Sequence record: PQ821890.1
Source of the DNA: Proteus phage ABTNLPp2
Reading direction: 5' to 3' (one strand)
DNA length: 32,000 nt
The notes beneath the pieces were generated by a model. The model saw only the letters and a list, made by a program, of their open reading frames with translations, was not told the DNA's origin and searched no databases. The first letter of the stretch is position 1; each line of letters starts with the position of its first letter. This document shows positions 1 through 8,861 of the stretch, piece after piece. The translations under genes and the position numbers were made by a program.

Positions 1-62
1 GGTCTTTTGACATTGTGTAATTTACTGTGTCTTTTATTTTAACTCTATCTTCTGAAGTTAAA

Positions 63-389
63 TCATTCTTCCCGCGGGTAAATGTCGGCAGTTTCTTCAG
101 TCTCAACAACCCGGGATTGTTCTTGTTCATTTTGCTCACCTGTATAAATGTCTTTTACTCGAAGAATACCGCAATAAATTCGGTCTTCAAAATTCAAACT
201 TTCCTGGTTTGATAGAGCAAACTGCACGTGTTCTTTGCCAATAAAAACATTATCACAGGTCAGTATACCATCAACATTCGGGTCAATCACTACATCCAAA
301 GCGTACACATTTTGAGCTTCATGATTGCCATGAAGGCGCGATTCATTAATTTTCGAATCAGAAACGTTAATCCAATTAATCATAATCAT
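63..389 (-). CDS. hypothetical protein downstream of rIIB (108 aa)
   Basis: Complete ORF on the coding strand, directly downstream of rIIB and its terminator; no family recognised. Confidence 0.6.
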   Translation of the reverse strand: MIMINWINVSDSKINESRLHGNHEAQNVYALDVVIDPNVDGILTCDNVFIGKEHVQFALSNQESLNFEDRIYCGILRVKDIYTGEQNEQEQSRVVETEETADIYPREE

Positions 390-394
390 CTCTT

Positions 395-420
395 AAAGAA
401 AAAAGGGACCGAAGTCCCTT
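395..420 (-). terminator. Rho-independent terminator after rIIB
   Basis: Minus strand AAGGGAC-TTCG-GTCCCTT followed by TTTTTCTTT; perfect 7-bp stem with UUCG loop. Confidence 0.85.
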
Positions 421-446
421 AGAATTAAATTAGTGATACAACGGTA

Positions 447-1361
447 TTAAAACGTGCCCCATTTGCTAGTTACATCTTCAATTACTTGGTATTTACATGT
501 ACGCATTTTAGCATCGCCGTAATCAACCGGGATAGATACTACATCTCGCGGATGAACTTTAACTGAAACGATACGGTCACTAGAACCACGGAAATAGCTA
601 ATATAACTCTTAGAGCAAACATGCAATCCAGCTGAACATGTACGTTCGTCATCTTCATCAACCTGGTTACGAGCCATTTCTACAGTAACCCCAGGGGAGT
701 TATCAAAAGTGCGGCTATGGCAATCTTTGTAGTTTTCAGTAACAACTTTCCAAGCGATAAAATGGCCGTCATCAGTGATTTCAATATCGTTCGCAACCAA
801 GAAATCAAACAGACGAGCTACAGCTTTGCGACTTGGGTTTTCCATCAAATTTTCAAGGAAAGGCATATAGAATTCGAAGTTCTCGCCCTGTTCCATGGAT
901 TTCAGGATACGCTCTGTGAGACCTGATTTAATTTCGATGTCTTTATAGAACAGACGGCCTTCGTCAATTTTAACATTACCTTTAACGTAAGAGGTCAAAC
1001 CTTTTTCAGCGTTAACGATTTCCAATGCGCCTTCAATATCACCATCAATCAGGCGCTGCAGAGCAATTTTAAAACCGGGTAGTTTATCATCTGCCGGATA
1101 AGTTTTGTGAGTGCTCAAATCGGTAATTGAGATAAATTTATTAGAAGCGTTCCAGATATATTCTGGTGCAGCAACCGGAGTTTCAACTGCTTCAATTTCT
1201 TCTACTTCTGGTTTAGTTTCTTGAGCCATTTCTTTAACTACACGGCGGATAGTATCTACTGAGCAGTTAAAGTGTTTAGCAATCCAGTCTCGTTTGTAAC
1301 CTGAATCGACATAATCAACGATAGACAATTTCTGAGAACGAGTAAACATTTGTACGGCCAT
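447..1361 (-). CDS. rIIB: RIIB lysis inhibitor protein (304 aa)
   Basis: Strong similarity to T4 rIIB (IWNASNKFISIT, ENFEFYMPFLENLMENPS, CSAGLHVCSKSYI, KVHPRDVVSIPVDYGDAKMRTC); adjacent to rIIA. Confidence 0.97.
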   Translation of the reverse strand: MAVQMFTRSQKLSIVDYVDSGYKRDWIAKHFNCSVDTIRRVVKEMAQETKPEVEEIEAVETPVAAPEYIWNASNKFISITDLSTHKTYPADDKLPGFKIALQRLIDGDIEGALEIVNAEKGLTSYVKGNVKIDEGRLFYKDIEIKSGLTERILKSMEQGENFEFYMPFLENLMENPSRKAVARLFDFLVANDIEITDDGHFIAWKVVTENYKDCHSRTFDNSPGVTVEMARNQVDEDDERTCSAGLHVCSKSYISYFRGSSDRIVSVKVHPRDVVSIPVDYGDAKMRTCKYQVIEDVTSKWGTF

Positions 1362-1370
1362 AATTACCTC

Positions 1371-3563
1371 TTAGATGGCGCCCTGGAGCGCCGCAATTTT
1401 CATGATGTCAGTGTAGTATTCTTCTCGAGAAATGTAGTATTCTTCAAGCATATACCAAATCACTGGGTATTTTTTAGCAAATTCGTCAGAAGCTTTATTA
1501 AAATCAGACTTTGACGATAAGATGAGTTTATTATAAATCTTATAACATAAAGCAATTTTTTCAGCGGCTTTTGACTGTTTCACTACTGTGTTAATAGAGC
1601 GGCAATTTAATGCTTCAGCCATCTGGTTAAGAACTAAAGACTTTTCCCAGTTATCACCGGAGATAAAATTCTTCAGCAACGGATTAAGCGCTTTTATATT
1701 AATCATAGCATTGAAGCGTCTGATATTAAACAAATGCGGATGAATTAAATCATCGAGTACGTCGTCAATCAAATCTGCGTAACTATCAGCTAAAATATTA
1801 AAAACTGAAGTCAAAGAATTATTGTCTTTGACGTATTTCATTGCACTAGGACGAATAGTATAAAATTCTTTTACACCAGCTGCTTTACATGCTTGTCTAA
1901 TATTTTCAATGCTGTAACTCGTAGAGCATTCTGTTCTTAATTCAATAATGTCTTCTCGATTAATTCCGACCGCCAAACCTTCCAATTCACGAACTTCATT
2001 TGCAGTTAAGAACAAATTAGTCGATTCCCAACGAAGTTCTGAATCCAATTTCCATAGATGAACATTCGGAGATTTTGGACGTTTGACAGCGTCCGAATTA
2101 TCTGGCTTATTGATTTCAGCATCTTTGGCACGGGCTTGTTCCATATCAGAAGCTTTAAAAATAACTACTTCATCGCCTTCAAACAACTTCTTGGCAAGTT
2201 CTACAACTTCTAAATGGTCTTCATTATTCGGGTCAATTAAAATAACTTGACAGCCTTTGTGAATATTAAGATAACTCATCCCACGAATAGTGCTTGCTCT
2301 GCGGTTTGGCTTATCGTCAATCATAAAAACAATCTTTTTCTGATTAACATGAATTAAGCCAGACGCCGAATATCGATTACGCGTGCTCCATGAATTACTA
2401 ATTTTGCGGCGTTCAGCCATATCGCCGACAAAGTAAGTATACATATTGGATGAATACATTTTATTTTCGAGAGCACGCTGGTCGAAATAATCAAGCCATT
2501 CGCGGCAAGTTTTGCCTTGAATTTTTGATTGGCTACGACTAATAATTCCCAGCGCAACGGAGGCGTATTTTTTTAACTCACGAACCAGCTCTCGCTTATT
2601 AGTTATACTTTCCAGATGCTTGATATCAGCATTTAGAGTTGTTTCTTCGATGTTATTAATTTTATTACGAATAGCTTCGATAGTTTCTTCGTTGTAAGAA
2701 AGCTCTTCACGGCTTGGAGTAATATCAAGTTCACCTAATTCAAAATTAACATAAACTGTGTTATACTTGTTATTCAGCCATTCGCATTTGATACCAGGAA
2801 CTTCTTGAACCTTAATCGGATAAACAATTCGTCCATAAATCGCATACAAACTCGAATCAGTATCAAAATAAGAGCGTTGTTTATTAAACCATTGCTTTTC
2901 TGGAGTGAACTCTTCAAAATAATCAATATCGATATTAGCGCCTTGAATTTCTGGTTCAACACCAGCAAATGTGCGCAAAGTACGACGGACTTCATGATGC
3001 CACTTATCAATATCGTCAGTTTTTACCGGGACAGTAATTTCAATACCAGTGTATTCATCTTCTTCCATTGCTGTATCAAACAGCGGAATAATTTCTGGGC
3101 CAGTATTTTTCATTATAGCGGTGTAACCGCGCTTACGGCCCTTATGACAAGAAACGACTGTAAAAGTTTTTGTATAGCTAAATGGAGATTTTGAGCCAAG
3201 ACCCATTGCCCCGATGAAATCATTTGAGTCGGCTTTAGTTGAAGCAAAATAAGTATTATACAAGCCTGGAGCATCATCAGTTCCACGAATTTGTTCATCG
3301 CTCATACCTGGGCCAAAATCGCGAATTACGAAGCGCGGGTCTATACGAGTAGGAACTTTAATAGTGAACGGACGAGTTTGACCATTCAGTTTATGAGCAT
3401 CAAGACAGTTAGTAGATAATTCACGAACGATAGCGTAAATTTTATTGGTATATAACTTGTCTGAAAGAACCATGAACGCTTTCATGTTGTTCTCAATGCC
3501 AAACTTACTTGCCTTTTGATTGGCTGAACCAAAAATCTGCTCTTCTTCTTGTTTAATAATCAT
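1371..3563 (-). CDS. rIIA: RIIA lysis inhibitor protein (730 aa), GHKL-ATPase-like N-terminus
   Basis: Size and position match T4 rIIA; N-terminal ELSTNCLDAH, IRDFGPGMS, GAMGLGSKSPFSY motifs. Confidence 0.96.
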   Translation of the reverse strand: MIIKQEEEQIFGSANQKASKFGIENNMKAFMVLSDKLYTNKIYAIVRELSTNCLDAHKLNGQTRPFTIKVPTRIDPRFVIRDFGPGMSDEQIRGTDDAPGLYNTYFASTKADSNDFIGAMGLGSKSPFSYTKTFTVVSCHKGRKRGYTAIMKNTGPEIIPLFDTAMEEDEYTGIEITVPVKTDDIDKWHHEVRRTLRTFAGVEPEIQGANIDIDYFEEFTPEKQWFNKQRSYFDTDSSLYAIYGRIVYPIKVQEVPGIKCEWLNNKYNTVYVNFELGELDITPSREELSYNEETIEAIRNKINNIEETTLNADIKHLESITNKRELVRELKKYASVALGIISRSQSKIQGKTCREWLDYFDQRALENKMYSSNMYTYFVGDMAERRKISNSWSTRNRYSASGLIHVNQKKIVFMIDDKPNRRASTIRGMSYLNIHKGCQVILIDPNNEDHLEVVELAKKLFEGDEVVIFKASDMEQARAKDAEINKPDNSDAVKRPKSPNVHLWKLDSELRWESTNLFLTANEVRELEGLAVGINREDIIELRTECSTSYSIENIRQACKAAGVKEFYTIRPSAMKYVKDNNSLTSVFNILADSYADLIDDVLDDLIHPHLFNIRRFNAMINIKALNPLLKNFISGDNWEKSLVLNQMAEALNCRSINTVVKQSKAAEKIALCYKIYNKLILSSKSDFNKASDEFAKKYPVIWYMLEEYYISREEYYTDIMKIAALQGAI

Positions 3564-3585
3564 CTTTTTCTCTCATTCACTTAAA

Positions 3586-3789
3586 TTAATCTTGGTTACG
3601 CTTAATCAATTCTGCAACTTCTAGAAGTTCTTCTGCCGTTGCGGTGTTGTTTTGTATTTTAAACCGTATTTCCTTAAAGCGTTCTTTAAAATCTTCAGCT
3701 TCACTCATGTCAAAAAATCTTTGAATGATGCGATACTCTTTGTATACAGCATCATCAAATAATACCATACAAACGTTAAAGCTTTTCAT
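3586..3789 (-). CDS. rIIA.1: small protein at rIIA.1 position (67 aa)
   Basis: ORF directly upstream of rIIA, in the rIIA.1 position. Confidence 0.6.
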   Translation of the reverse strand: MKSFNVCMVLFDDAVYKEYRIIQRFFDMSEAEDFKERFKEIRFKIQNNTATAEELLEVAELIKRNQD

Positions 3790-4075
3790 TTCCTACCTCT
3801 CTGAGGATGGCTGCAAACTGGCTCATAGTGTATTTTTCACGGACCGAGTAAACTAACTTCAGAGCTGTTTGTTGTAGGTTCACCGGAATGGTCTGGTTGT
3901 TTTCAACTAATACAGCAATATGTTCTATCATATTAGAGAATTTAGTTAACCAGATTTCATCTGGTGTATTCTCTGTTTTATTCAGAAACATATCTTTACT
4001 ATCTCTAATTGTTGCTGCTACGTTGTCTAAATTAACATAACTTCCATTAAGCATTTTCATAGCTGTAATCACCAT
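3776..4075 (-). CDS. hypothetical protein (99 aa)
   Basis: Coding-strand ORF with slight overlap of the downstream gene; no family recognised. Confidence 0.6.
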   Translation of the reverse strand: MVITAMKMLNGSYVNLDNVAATIRDSKDMFLNKTENTPDEIWLTKFSNMIEHIAVLVENNQTIPVNLQQTALKLVYSVREKYTMSQFAAILREVGNEKL

Positions 4076-4077
4076 AC

Positions 4078-4105
4078 TAAAAAGGGACTCCCGAAGGAGT
4101 CCCTG
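4078..4105 (-). terminator. Rho-independent terminator
   Basis: Minus strand AGGGACTCC-TTCG-GGAGTCCCT followed by TTTTT; perfect 9-bp stem, UUCG tetraloop. Confidence 0.88.
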
Positions 4106-4108
4106 TTA

Positions 4109-4264
4109 TTACCAGGTGGCTTTTGACACCATACCTGTAACTTTCTTCAAAGAGTTGTCCGGCTGACGAACACGAATAGTAGCCATATCGCCGGGGAGAG
4201 GAAGAGCATCTCCCCACATATAACCAAAACTTCCATCTACAAGCGTTACCCAGATTTGTGACAT
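4109..4264 (-). CDS. small hypothetical protein (51 aa): MSQIWVTLVDGSFGYMWGDALPLPGDMATIRVRQPDNSLKKVTGMVSKATW
   Basis: Manually translated ORF below the 60-aa track cutoff; starts after TAGGAGAGTAT and ends just before the terminator. Confidence 0.65.
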   Translation of the reverse strand: MSQIWVTLVDGSFGYMWGDALPLPGDMATIRVRQPDNSLKKVTGMVSKATW

Positions 4265-4274
4265 ATACTCTCCT

Positions 4275-4295
4275 ATACGGGCGGAATGCCCGTAT
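4275..4295 (-). promoter_or_regulatory. intergenic hairpin between gene 39 and the 51-aa ORF
   Basis: Perfect 8-bp inverted repeat ATACGGGC-ATTCC-GCCCGTAT on the minus strand, no U-tract, immediately upstream of the SD AGGAGA. Confidence 0.55.
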
Positions 4296-4298
4296 TAT

Positions 4299-6125
4299 TT
4301 ATTCACTCATCCAGACCTTGCGAGGAGCCGCATCATTACCCATAACCATTTCAAAAAGTTCTTTCCAATTTGGCGGCAATGAAACTACGTCATAAACCGG
4401 TTGCTGAATAACTCGTTCATATTCATCTTCTTCCAAAGAACCAAGTCCTTTGATGTAACGAAGTTTCCATCCAGCGAGTTTATCTTTTTCAGCTTCATAT
4501 TCAGCGGCGTTGTAATACCATTTTTGTTCAGAGCCCTTTGACATAATAATCACTGGGGTTTTAACAAAACGAATACGTCCTTCTTCGAACAACTTCGGCC
4601 AATTAGCAAAAAATGCCAGTAGACTTGGATAAATTGACCCTGTTCCGTCAACATCTGCGTCAGTCATAATTGCGATATTTTTATAATTCAAAGAATCGTA
4701 ATCTTCGCCAATGACTAATCCAGTAATTGCGCAAATATCAAAGATTTCTTTGTTTTTCAAAGCTTCACCTGCGGACATTCCCCAGGTGTTCATCACTTTA
4801 CCGCGTAATGGATAACCACCGTGAAGGGCCCGGTCACGAGTATTAATTAGATAACCAATAGCAGAATCACCTTCTGTTAAGAACAAGGTTGTTTCTACTT
4901 TATCATTACCATATTCGCCAGCTTTGATGTGTTTATGAACTTTAGCTTTTGCTGCCTTTTTCGCTGCTTTGGTTTCTGCTGCCTTCTCTGCTGCCAGTTT
5001 ACGTGCTAATGCAGCTTCAATAATCGGCATTAAAATAGCATCAGATTTCATAATCTGATTAGAAATTTTCTTTGCATCGAGATTTAAGTGAGATTTAATT
5101 TCGCCCCATGGACTTGTAAGACGCTCTTTGGTTTGCGAGTCAAAGCGCAAGTTACTCATATCTCGAATAAACATCAACACAGTAAAACACTCTTTAATAC
5201 GAGCTTTGTTTACTTCAATTTTGTGTTTACGTTTAATAGCCGGAATTAATTCATTAGCAATTTCGTCAATAACATAATCAATATGCGAACCACCATTCTT
5301 TGTATGAATGTTGTTAACATAAGTCATTTGACGAAAACCATCTGGAGAATTACCTATCGCCAAAGAATAATTTTCTTCATCAATAATGATAGCATTTTTA
5401 TCATACTGCTTAGAATATTTTTTGAAATTACTATCAACTTTTTTATTGTTAAATTTAAATTCAATTTTTGGATAAACGACTGCCAATGTCTGCAAACGGT
5501 CCAGCATAATATCAAAATAAACATCATCAAAATTGTTCATTTCGAAATGGCTAAAATCCGGAATAAATTCTACCTTAGTTCCTTTATAAGAGGATTTTTT
5601 GGATTTCCAAGAAACATTGTCAGAATTATTGCTACAAGAAACTGTTAATTCATTTTCTCCATCAGATGTTGTGCCTTTAAACATAACAGAGAAAATATTA
5701 GTTAATGAAGAACCAACACCATTTTGTCCGCCAGTTTTGCGCTCTTCATCAGCCCCAAAGTTTCCGCCTGCCTTAGTTTTCGTCCATGCCGCTACCGGAC
5801 CGGGAATTTCTTCACCCTCAGGAGTAGTAACCATAGCTTGTGGAATTCCACGACCATTGTCTTCTACAGTCACTTTACTTGTGGAAGAATCGATATTGAC
5901 TGAAATTTTATTAGCAAATTTAAAACTTGTACGAATAGCTTCATCAACAGAGTTATCGATAATTTCATCGATAAGTTTGAGAACACCAGCTACATATTGT
6001 ACCCGCTTAAATTCACCAAAAACAAAACGCTCGTGAAATTCGTTAGATACACTTCCGATGTACATTCCAGGACGCTTAAGAACGTGTTCCTTGTCAGAGA
6101 GCATTTGAATTTTATTTTCAATCAT
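4299..6125 (-). CDS. 39: DNA topoisomerase II large subunit (608 aa; fused gp39+gp60 equivalent)
   Basis: GHKL/GyrB motifs (KLIDEIIDNSVDEA, VEDNGRGIP, GGQNGVGSS), TOPRIM TLFLTEGDSA and IMTDADVDG; C-terminus matches T4 gp60. Confidence 0.97.
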   Translation of the reverse strand: MIENKIQMLSDKEHVLKRPGMYIGSVSNEFHERFVFGEFKRVQYVAGVLKLIDEIIDNSVDEAIRTSFKFANKISVNIDSSTSKVTVEDNGRGIPQAMVTTPEGEEIPGPVAAWTKTKAGGNFGADEERKTGGQNGVGSSLTNIFSVMFKGTTSDGENELTVSCSNNSDNVSWKSKKSSYKGTKVEFIPDFSHFEMNNFDDVYFDIMLDRLQTLAVVYPKIEFKFNNKKVDSNFKKYSKQYDKNAIIIDEENYSLAIGNSPDGFRQMTYVNNIHTKNGGSHIDYVIDEIANELIPAIKRKHKIEVNKARIKECFTVLMFIRDMSNLRFDSQTKERLTSPWGEIKSHLNLDAKKISNQIMKSDAILMPIIEAALARKLAAEKAAETKAAKKAAKAKVHKHIKAGEYGNDKVETTLFLTEGDSAIGYLINTRDRALHGGYPLRGKVMNTWGMSAGEALKNKEIFDICAITGLVIGEDYDSLNYKNIAIMTDADVDGTGSIYPSLLAFFANWPKLFEEGRIRFVKTPVIIMSKGSEQKWYYNAAEYEAEKDKLAGWKLRYIKGLGSLEEDEYERVIQQPVYDVVSLPPNWKELFEMVMGNDAAPRKVWMSE

Positions 6126-6164
6126 GTTATTATCCCAGTTTAAATTTGTCTAATAATTATATCA

Positions 6165-6530
6165 TCAATTTAATTTAGCAATTAATTCATCGCGATATTT
6201 CATAAGATGATGAAGAGCCGGAGCCCCATATAACGGAGAATACCAATTTGAATTAGGTTTTTTACAAAATACGGTATGAAGTGCTTGTTCTTCATTTTCA
6301 TATGCAAATACTAAAGTCTGACTATACGGGTCATTATAATATGTGGCATAATTATTTTCTTTGATTGCGATAAATTCTTGAACAACTTTATAATATTTTT
6401 GTAACCAGATATATCTGCCATTGTCCAATTTAACCGGAAATAAAGCGAATTTATATTTGCCAATTGCTCGTTCAACTAATCTAAGTTCGCTGGCAGCTTT
6501 TCTTTGAATTGAATTTTTTCCAAATATCAT
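6165..6530 (-). CDS. hypothetical protein, 39.1 region (121 aa)
   Basis: Coding-strand ORF upstream of gene 39 in the T4 39.1/39.2 position. Confidence 0.6.
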   Translation of the reverse strand: MIFGKNSIQRKAASELRLVERAIGKYKFALFPVKLDNGRYIWLQKYYKVVQEFIAIKENNYATYYNDPYSQTLVFAYENEEQALHTVFCKKPNSNWYSPLYGAPALHHLMKYRDELIAKLN

Positions 6531-6551
6531 GATATTTTTCTCACTTAGCTA

Positions 6552-6731
6552 TTAAGAATAATCTCGGTTCTTATATCCGTTGTAATGAACAGCAGGAGCA
6601 GCAGTTTCTCGGAACATTTTTCCTTCGCAATTCAGAAATGAACAATCAATTGGTTCATCGCGCTCTGATACCTTGCGCATCTTTTCTACTTTTTCGCCAC
6701 AAGCTTCACATTTATAATCATAAATTGGCAT
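6552..6731 (-). CDS. small FmdB-like zinc-ribbon protein (59 aa)
   Basis: Manual translation MPIYDYKCEACGEKVEKMRKVSERDEPIDCSFLNCEGKMFRETAAPAVHYNGYKNRDYS; CxxC plus C-x5-C and the MPIYDYKC start typical of FmdB-type zinc ribbons; abuts the upstream gene. Confidence 0.75.
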   Translation of the reverse strand: MPIYDYKCEACGEKVEKMRKVSERDEPIDCSFLNCEGKMFRETAAPAVHYNGYKNRDYS

Positions 6732-7198
6732 TACAACAATCCTTTTAACAATTTAATAGCTGACATAGCCTGAGATTTATTAGTAATTACTAAAGTGATA
6801 TGAGGAACTTCATTTTCTTCAACTTCATCTGAAGATTCGTATTCATCGTCATTTGCAGCTATCAATTCGCCAGTTTCCAACTTAAAATATTTAGCTTCTT
6901 CACGCAAGATAAAGAAATATTCATCGCTGACTTTAGCATTCAAGTATCCAGGCAACCCATTGACTGTATCTTGGTCACCAACCAGCACGCCATTACACAT
7001 TATAGCTGCTTCGGCATTACCGGTCTCGGGATTGACATAAATTACTCTAAAAAATCCGCCGTTTTTCTCAATAAAGTCAATAATTTCCTCATTGTACTTA
7101 TGAGCTTTAGCAAATCCAACGTAATCGCGGATTGAATACCATTTATCTTCGACAAATCCTTCTAAATTTTGTGTAGTCATTAGATAGTTTCCTTCCAA
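6731..7198 (-). CDS. goF: GoF/ComC-alpha-like mRNA metabolism modulator (155 aa; alternative internal start MTTQNLEG)
   Basis: Position between gene 39 and cef/motB and overall length; moderate recall of T4 similarity. Confidence 0.6.
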   Translation of the reverse strand: MEGNYLMTTQNLEGFVEDKWYSIRDYVGFAKAHKYNEEIIDFIEKNGGFFRVIYVNPETGNAEAAIMCNGVLVGDQDTVNGLPGYLNAKVSDEYFFILREEAKYFKLETGELIAANDDEYESSDEVEENEVPHITLVITNKSQAMSAIKLLKGLL

Positions 7199-7374
7199 TA
7201 AGAAGTTCCATTTTCGTTGATGTAACGAACTACCGCATAGATTGCACGGCTATTTTCGTAAACGTAAGCGTATGTGTGATGTTCTAGATGTCCTTTAACT
7301 TCTTTTTGCACAATAGTCAACTCTGGATTGAACAAGATATCTTCAAACTGCTCTTGTGTTAAAATGCGGTTCAT
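7180..7374 (-). CDS. cef: Cef-like small protein (64 aa)
   Basis: Position between goF-like and motB-like genes; SD GAGG upstream of ATG; placement rather than motif based. Confidence 0.5.
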   Translation of the reverse strand: MNRILTQEQFEDILFNPELTIVQKEVKGHLEHHTYAYVYENSRAIYAVVRYINENGTSYWKETI

Positions 7375-7404
7375 TTTATTTTCCTCATTTGTTTTGATAG
7401 GGTT

Positions 7405-7438
7405 ATAGTATCATAACCCTCAAGGAAAGTAAACGGTT
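7405..7438 (-). promoter_or_regulatory. phage early (sigma70-type) promoter for cef/goF operon
   Basis: Minus strand AACCGTTTAC-N18-TACTAT. Confidence 0.85.
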
Positions 7439-7871
7439 AAACTTTTACACTCAGAAAACGGGTTGAGCGGATTTCTGCTGGGATAATTAAATCCAAATCT
7501 TTAGTAGCCATTAAAGCGTATTCGCCTTGATAAACTACGTTCGCAACTTCTTCGCCGTCAACATCATAAACCAAAGTAACTAATCCACACTTACTGTCAC
7601 AAATGTGACAGTCTCCCTGCCCGCCGGAATGCTCGATTGCTGCGTCTGCGTTTCGAATTCGTACAATATCGCCAATTTTAAGAACAGAACCTGAAGCTTC
7701 TTTCGTATAAGTGCTATTTTCGGACACATAGTAGTCTTTTACATAAATTGTTTTATTGGTTTTAACATCGCGCAGACGATAGCCATCACGCTCTGAATGA
7801 CCTAGAACAACACCAACACGACCAGCATTTTTACCACTAATTACACGAAGTTCAGTACCTTTAGCAAACAT
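7437..7871 (-). CDS. motB: MotB-like transcription modulator, KOW-like domain (144 aa)
   Basis: N-terminal KGTELRVISGKNAGRVGVVLGHS is KOW-like; position between cef and dexA as in T4. Confidence 0.75.
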   Translation of the reverse strand: MFAKGTELRVISGKNAGRVGVVLGHSERDGYRLRDVKTNKTIYVKDYYVSENSTYTKEASGSVLKIGDIVRIRNADAAIEHSGGQGDCHICDSKCGLVTLVYDVDGEEVANVVYQGEYALMATKDLDLIIPAEIRSTRFLSVKV

Positions 7872-7937
7872 ATTATCACCTTTTCAATTTTCAGTATCAG
7901 ATTTGAGAAATTATTCTATATCGAAATCTTTAAAGCG

Positions 7938-8633
7938 TTATCCACGACCTTTTGGAAGTGAAAGAGGGTCAACTTCATCACCAACCGGTGCTTCTTCAAG
8001 ACCAAGTGCATAACGTTGAGCGTATTTAAGCATCAAAATGTCTTTAGCACAGTCATGAATTGAGTCATGAGCAATAAATCCATCGAGCACCCCATTTCGC
8101 AAAGGAGTCGTAGTTAGATTACGAGTCATTAGCAATGATTCAATCGCAGTACGGATATCGCGTTGATTCCAGAATTTACATGGCTCAAGAGCAAATGTAT
8201 CAATATCTTTTTCTTCAATACCTTTACGAGATTCGCCTTCACGTAGAATATCTACAAGAATAGGGAAGTCGAATGATTGACCACGACACCAACCGAATGA
8301 GTTCCATGGATCTACACCATTATCTTTGAGGAAACCCAGAATTTTATAGAGTCCTTCTACATGGTCAATATCTTCATCAGACGGAGCCAGGTTTGCACGA
8401 GCTTCTTCTGATTGTTTCTTCCACCATTCAATTGTACTTGCGCCAAATAAACGAGTTTGACGCTGAGCTCGTAGATTAAACTTCAATTTCATACCACGAG
8501 AAACAAGTTCATCAAATGTTTCAATAACCATCGGATCTGGGTCAAATACTACAGCAGCACAATCAATAACTGCTGAACGAGAAACGTTACCAAAAGTTTC
8601 CCAATCGATAATAAAATCTTTTACGCCTGACAT
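7938..8633 (-). CDS. dexA: Exonuclease A / DexA, DnaQ-like 3'-5' exonuclease (231 aa)
   Basis: FIIDWETFG, VIDCAAVVFDP, GWCRGQSFDFPILVD, FKLEPCKFWNQRDIRT-like motif, DGFIAHDSIHDCAKDIL. Confidence 0.95.
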   Translation of the reverse strand: MSGVKDFIIDWETFGNVSRSAVIDCAAVVFDPDPMVIETFDELVSRGMKLKFNLRAQRQTRLFGASTIEWWKKQSEEARANLAPSDEDIDHVEGLYKILGFLKDNGVDPWNSFGWCRGQSFDFPILVDILREGESRKGIEEKDIDTFALEPCKFWNQRDIRTAIESLLMTRNLTTTPLRNGVLDGFIAHDSIHDCAKDILMLKYAQRYALGLEEAPVGDEVDPLSLPKGRG

Positions 8634-8722
8634 AAGTGTTCCTTTAATTCATCAATTTGTTTTGCAATATAATCACTAATACTGATAAGCGGAGCTTCAC
8701 CTTGGAACCAAGCGATGCTCAT
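8621..8722 (-). CDS. possible small ORF using the internal start MSIAWFQGE (33 aa); 3' part of track ORF 8621..8818
   Basis: Stop overlaps the dexA start; full-length version conflicts with 8739..8855. Confidence 0.35.
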   Translation of the reverse strand: MSIAWFQGEAPLISISDYIAKQIDELKEHLCQA

Positions 8723-8738
8723 AGCGCATTTTCTGATA

Positions 8739-8855
8739 TCATTTAACTGAAGCAGAAGAGTAGACTGCTTGTCCAGCCCACCAAACATCTTCAGGTTTAT
8801 TGATTTTAATTGCGTCAATCAATTTGTCAAAATCATCGATATTTAAAGTAAACAT
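8739..8855 (-). CDS. very small ORF (38 aa): MFTLNIDDFDKLIDAIKINKPEDVWWAGQAVYSSASVK
   Basis: Manual translation; good SD (GTGAGG) upstream; competes with the in-track 8621..8818 ORF in another frame. Confidence 0.5.
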   Translation of the reverse strand: MFTLNIDDFDKLIDAIKINKPEDVWWAGQAVYSSASVK

Positions 8856-8861
8856 AAAACC

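Noticed and set aside
4980-5040. Ala/Lys-rich repeat (EKAAETKAAKKAAKAKVHKH) in gene 39 as an insertion
   Set aside because: T4 gp39 has a matching AEKAAETKAAKKASKAKVHKHIKA segment, so it is a conserved part of the protein.
8621-8818. Full-length 65-aa ORF between dexA and dda
   Set aside because: Overlaps a better-initiated 38-aa ORF (8739..8855) in another frame; only the shorter internal-start version is retained, at low confidence.
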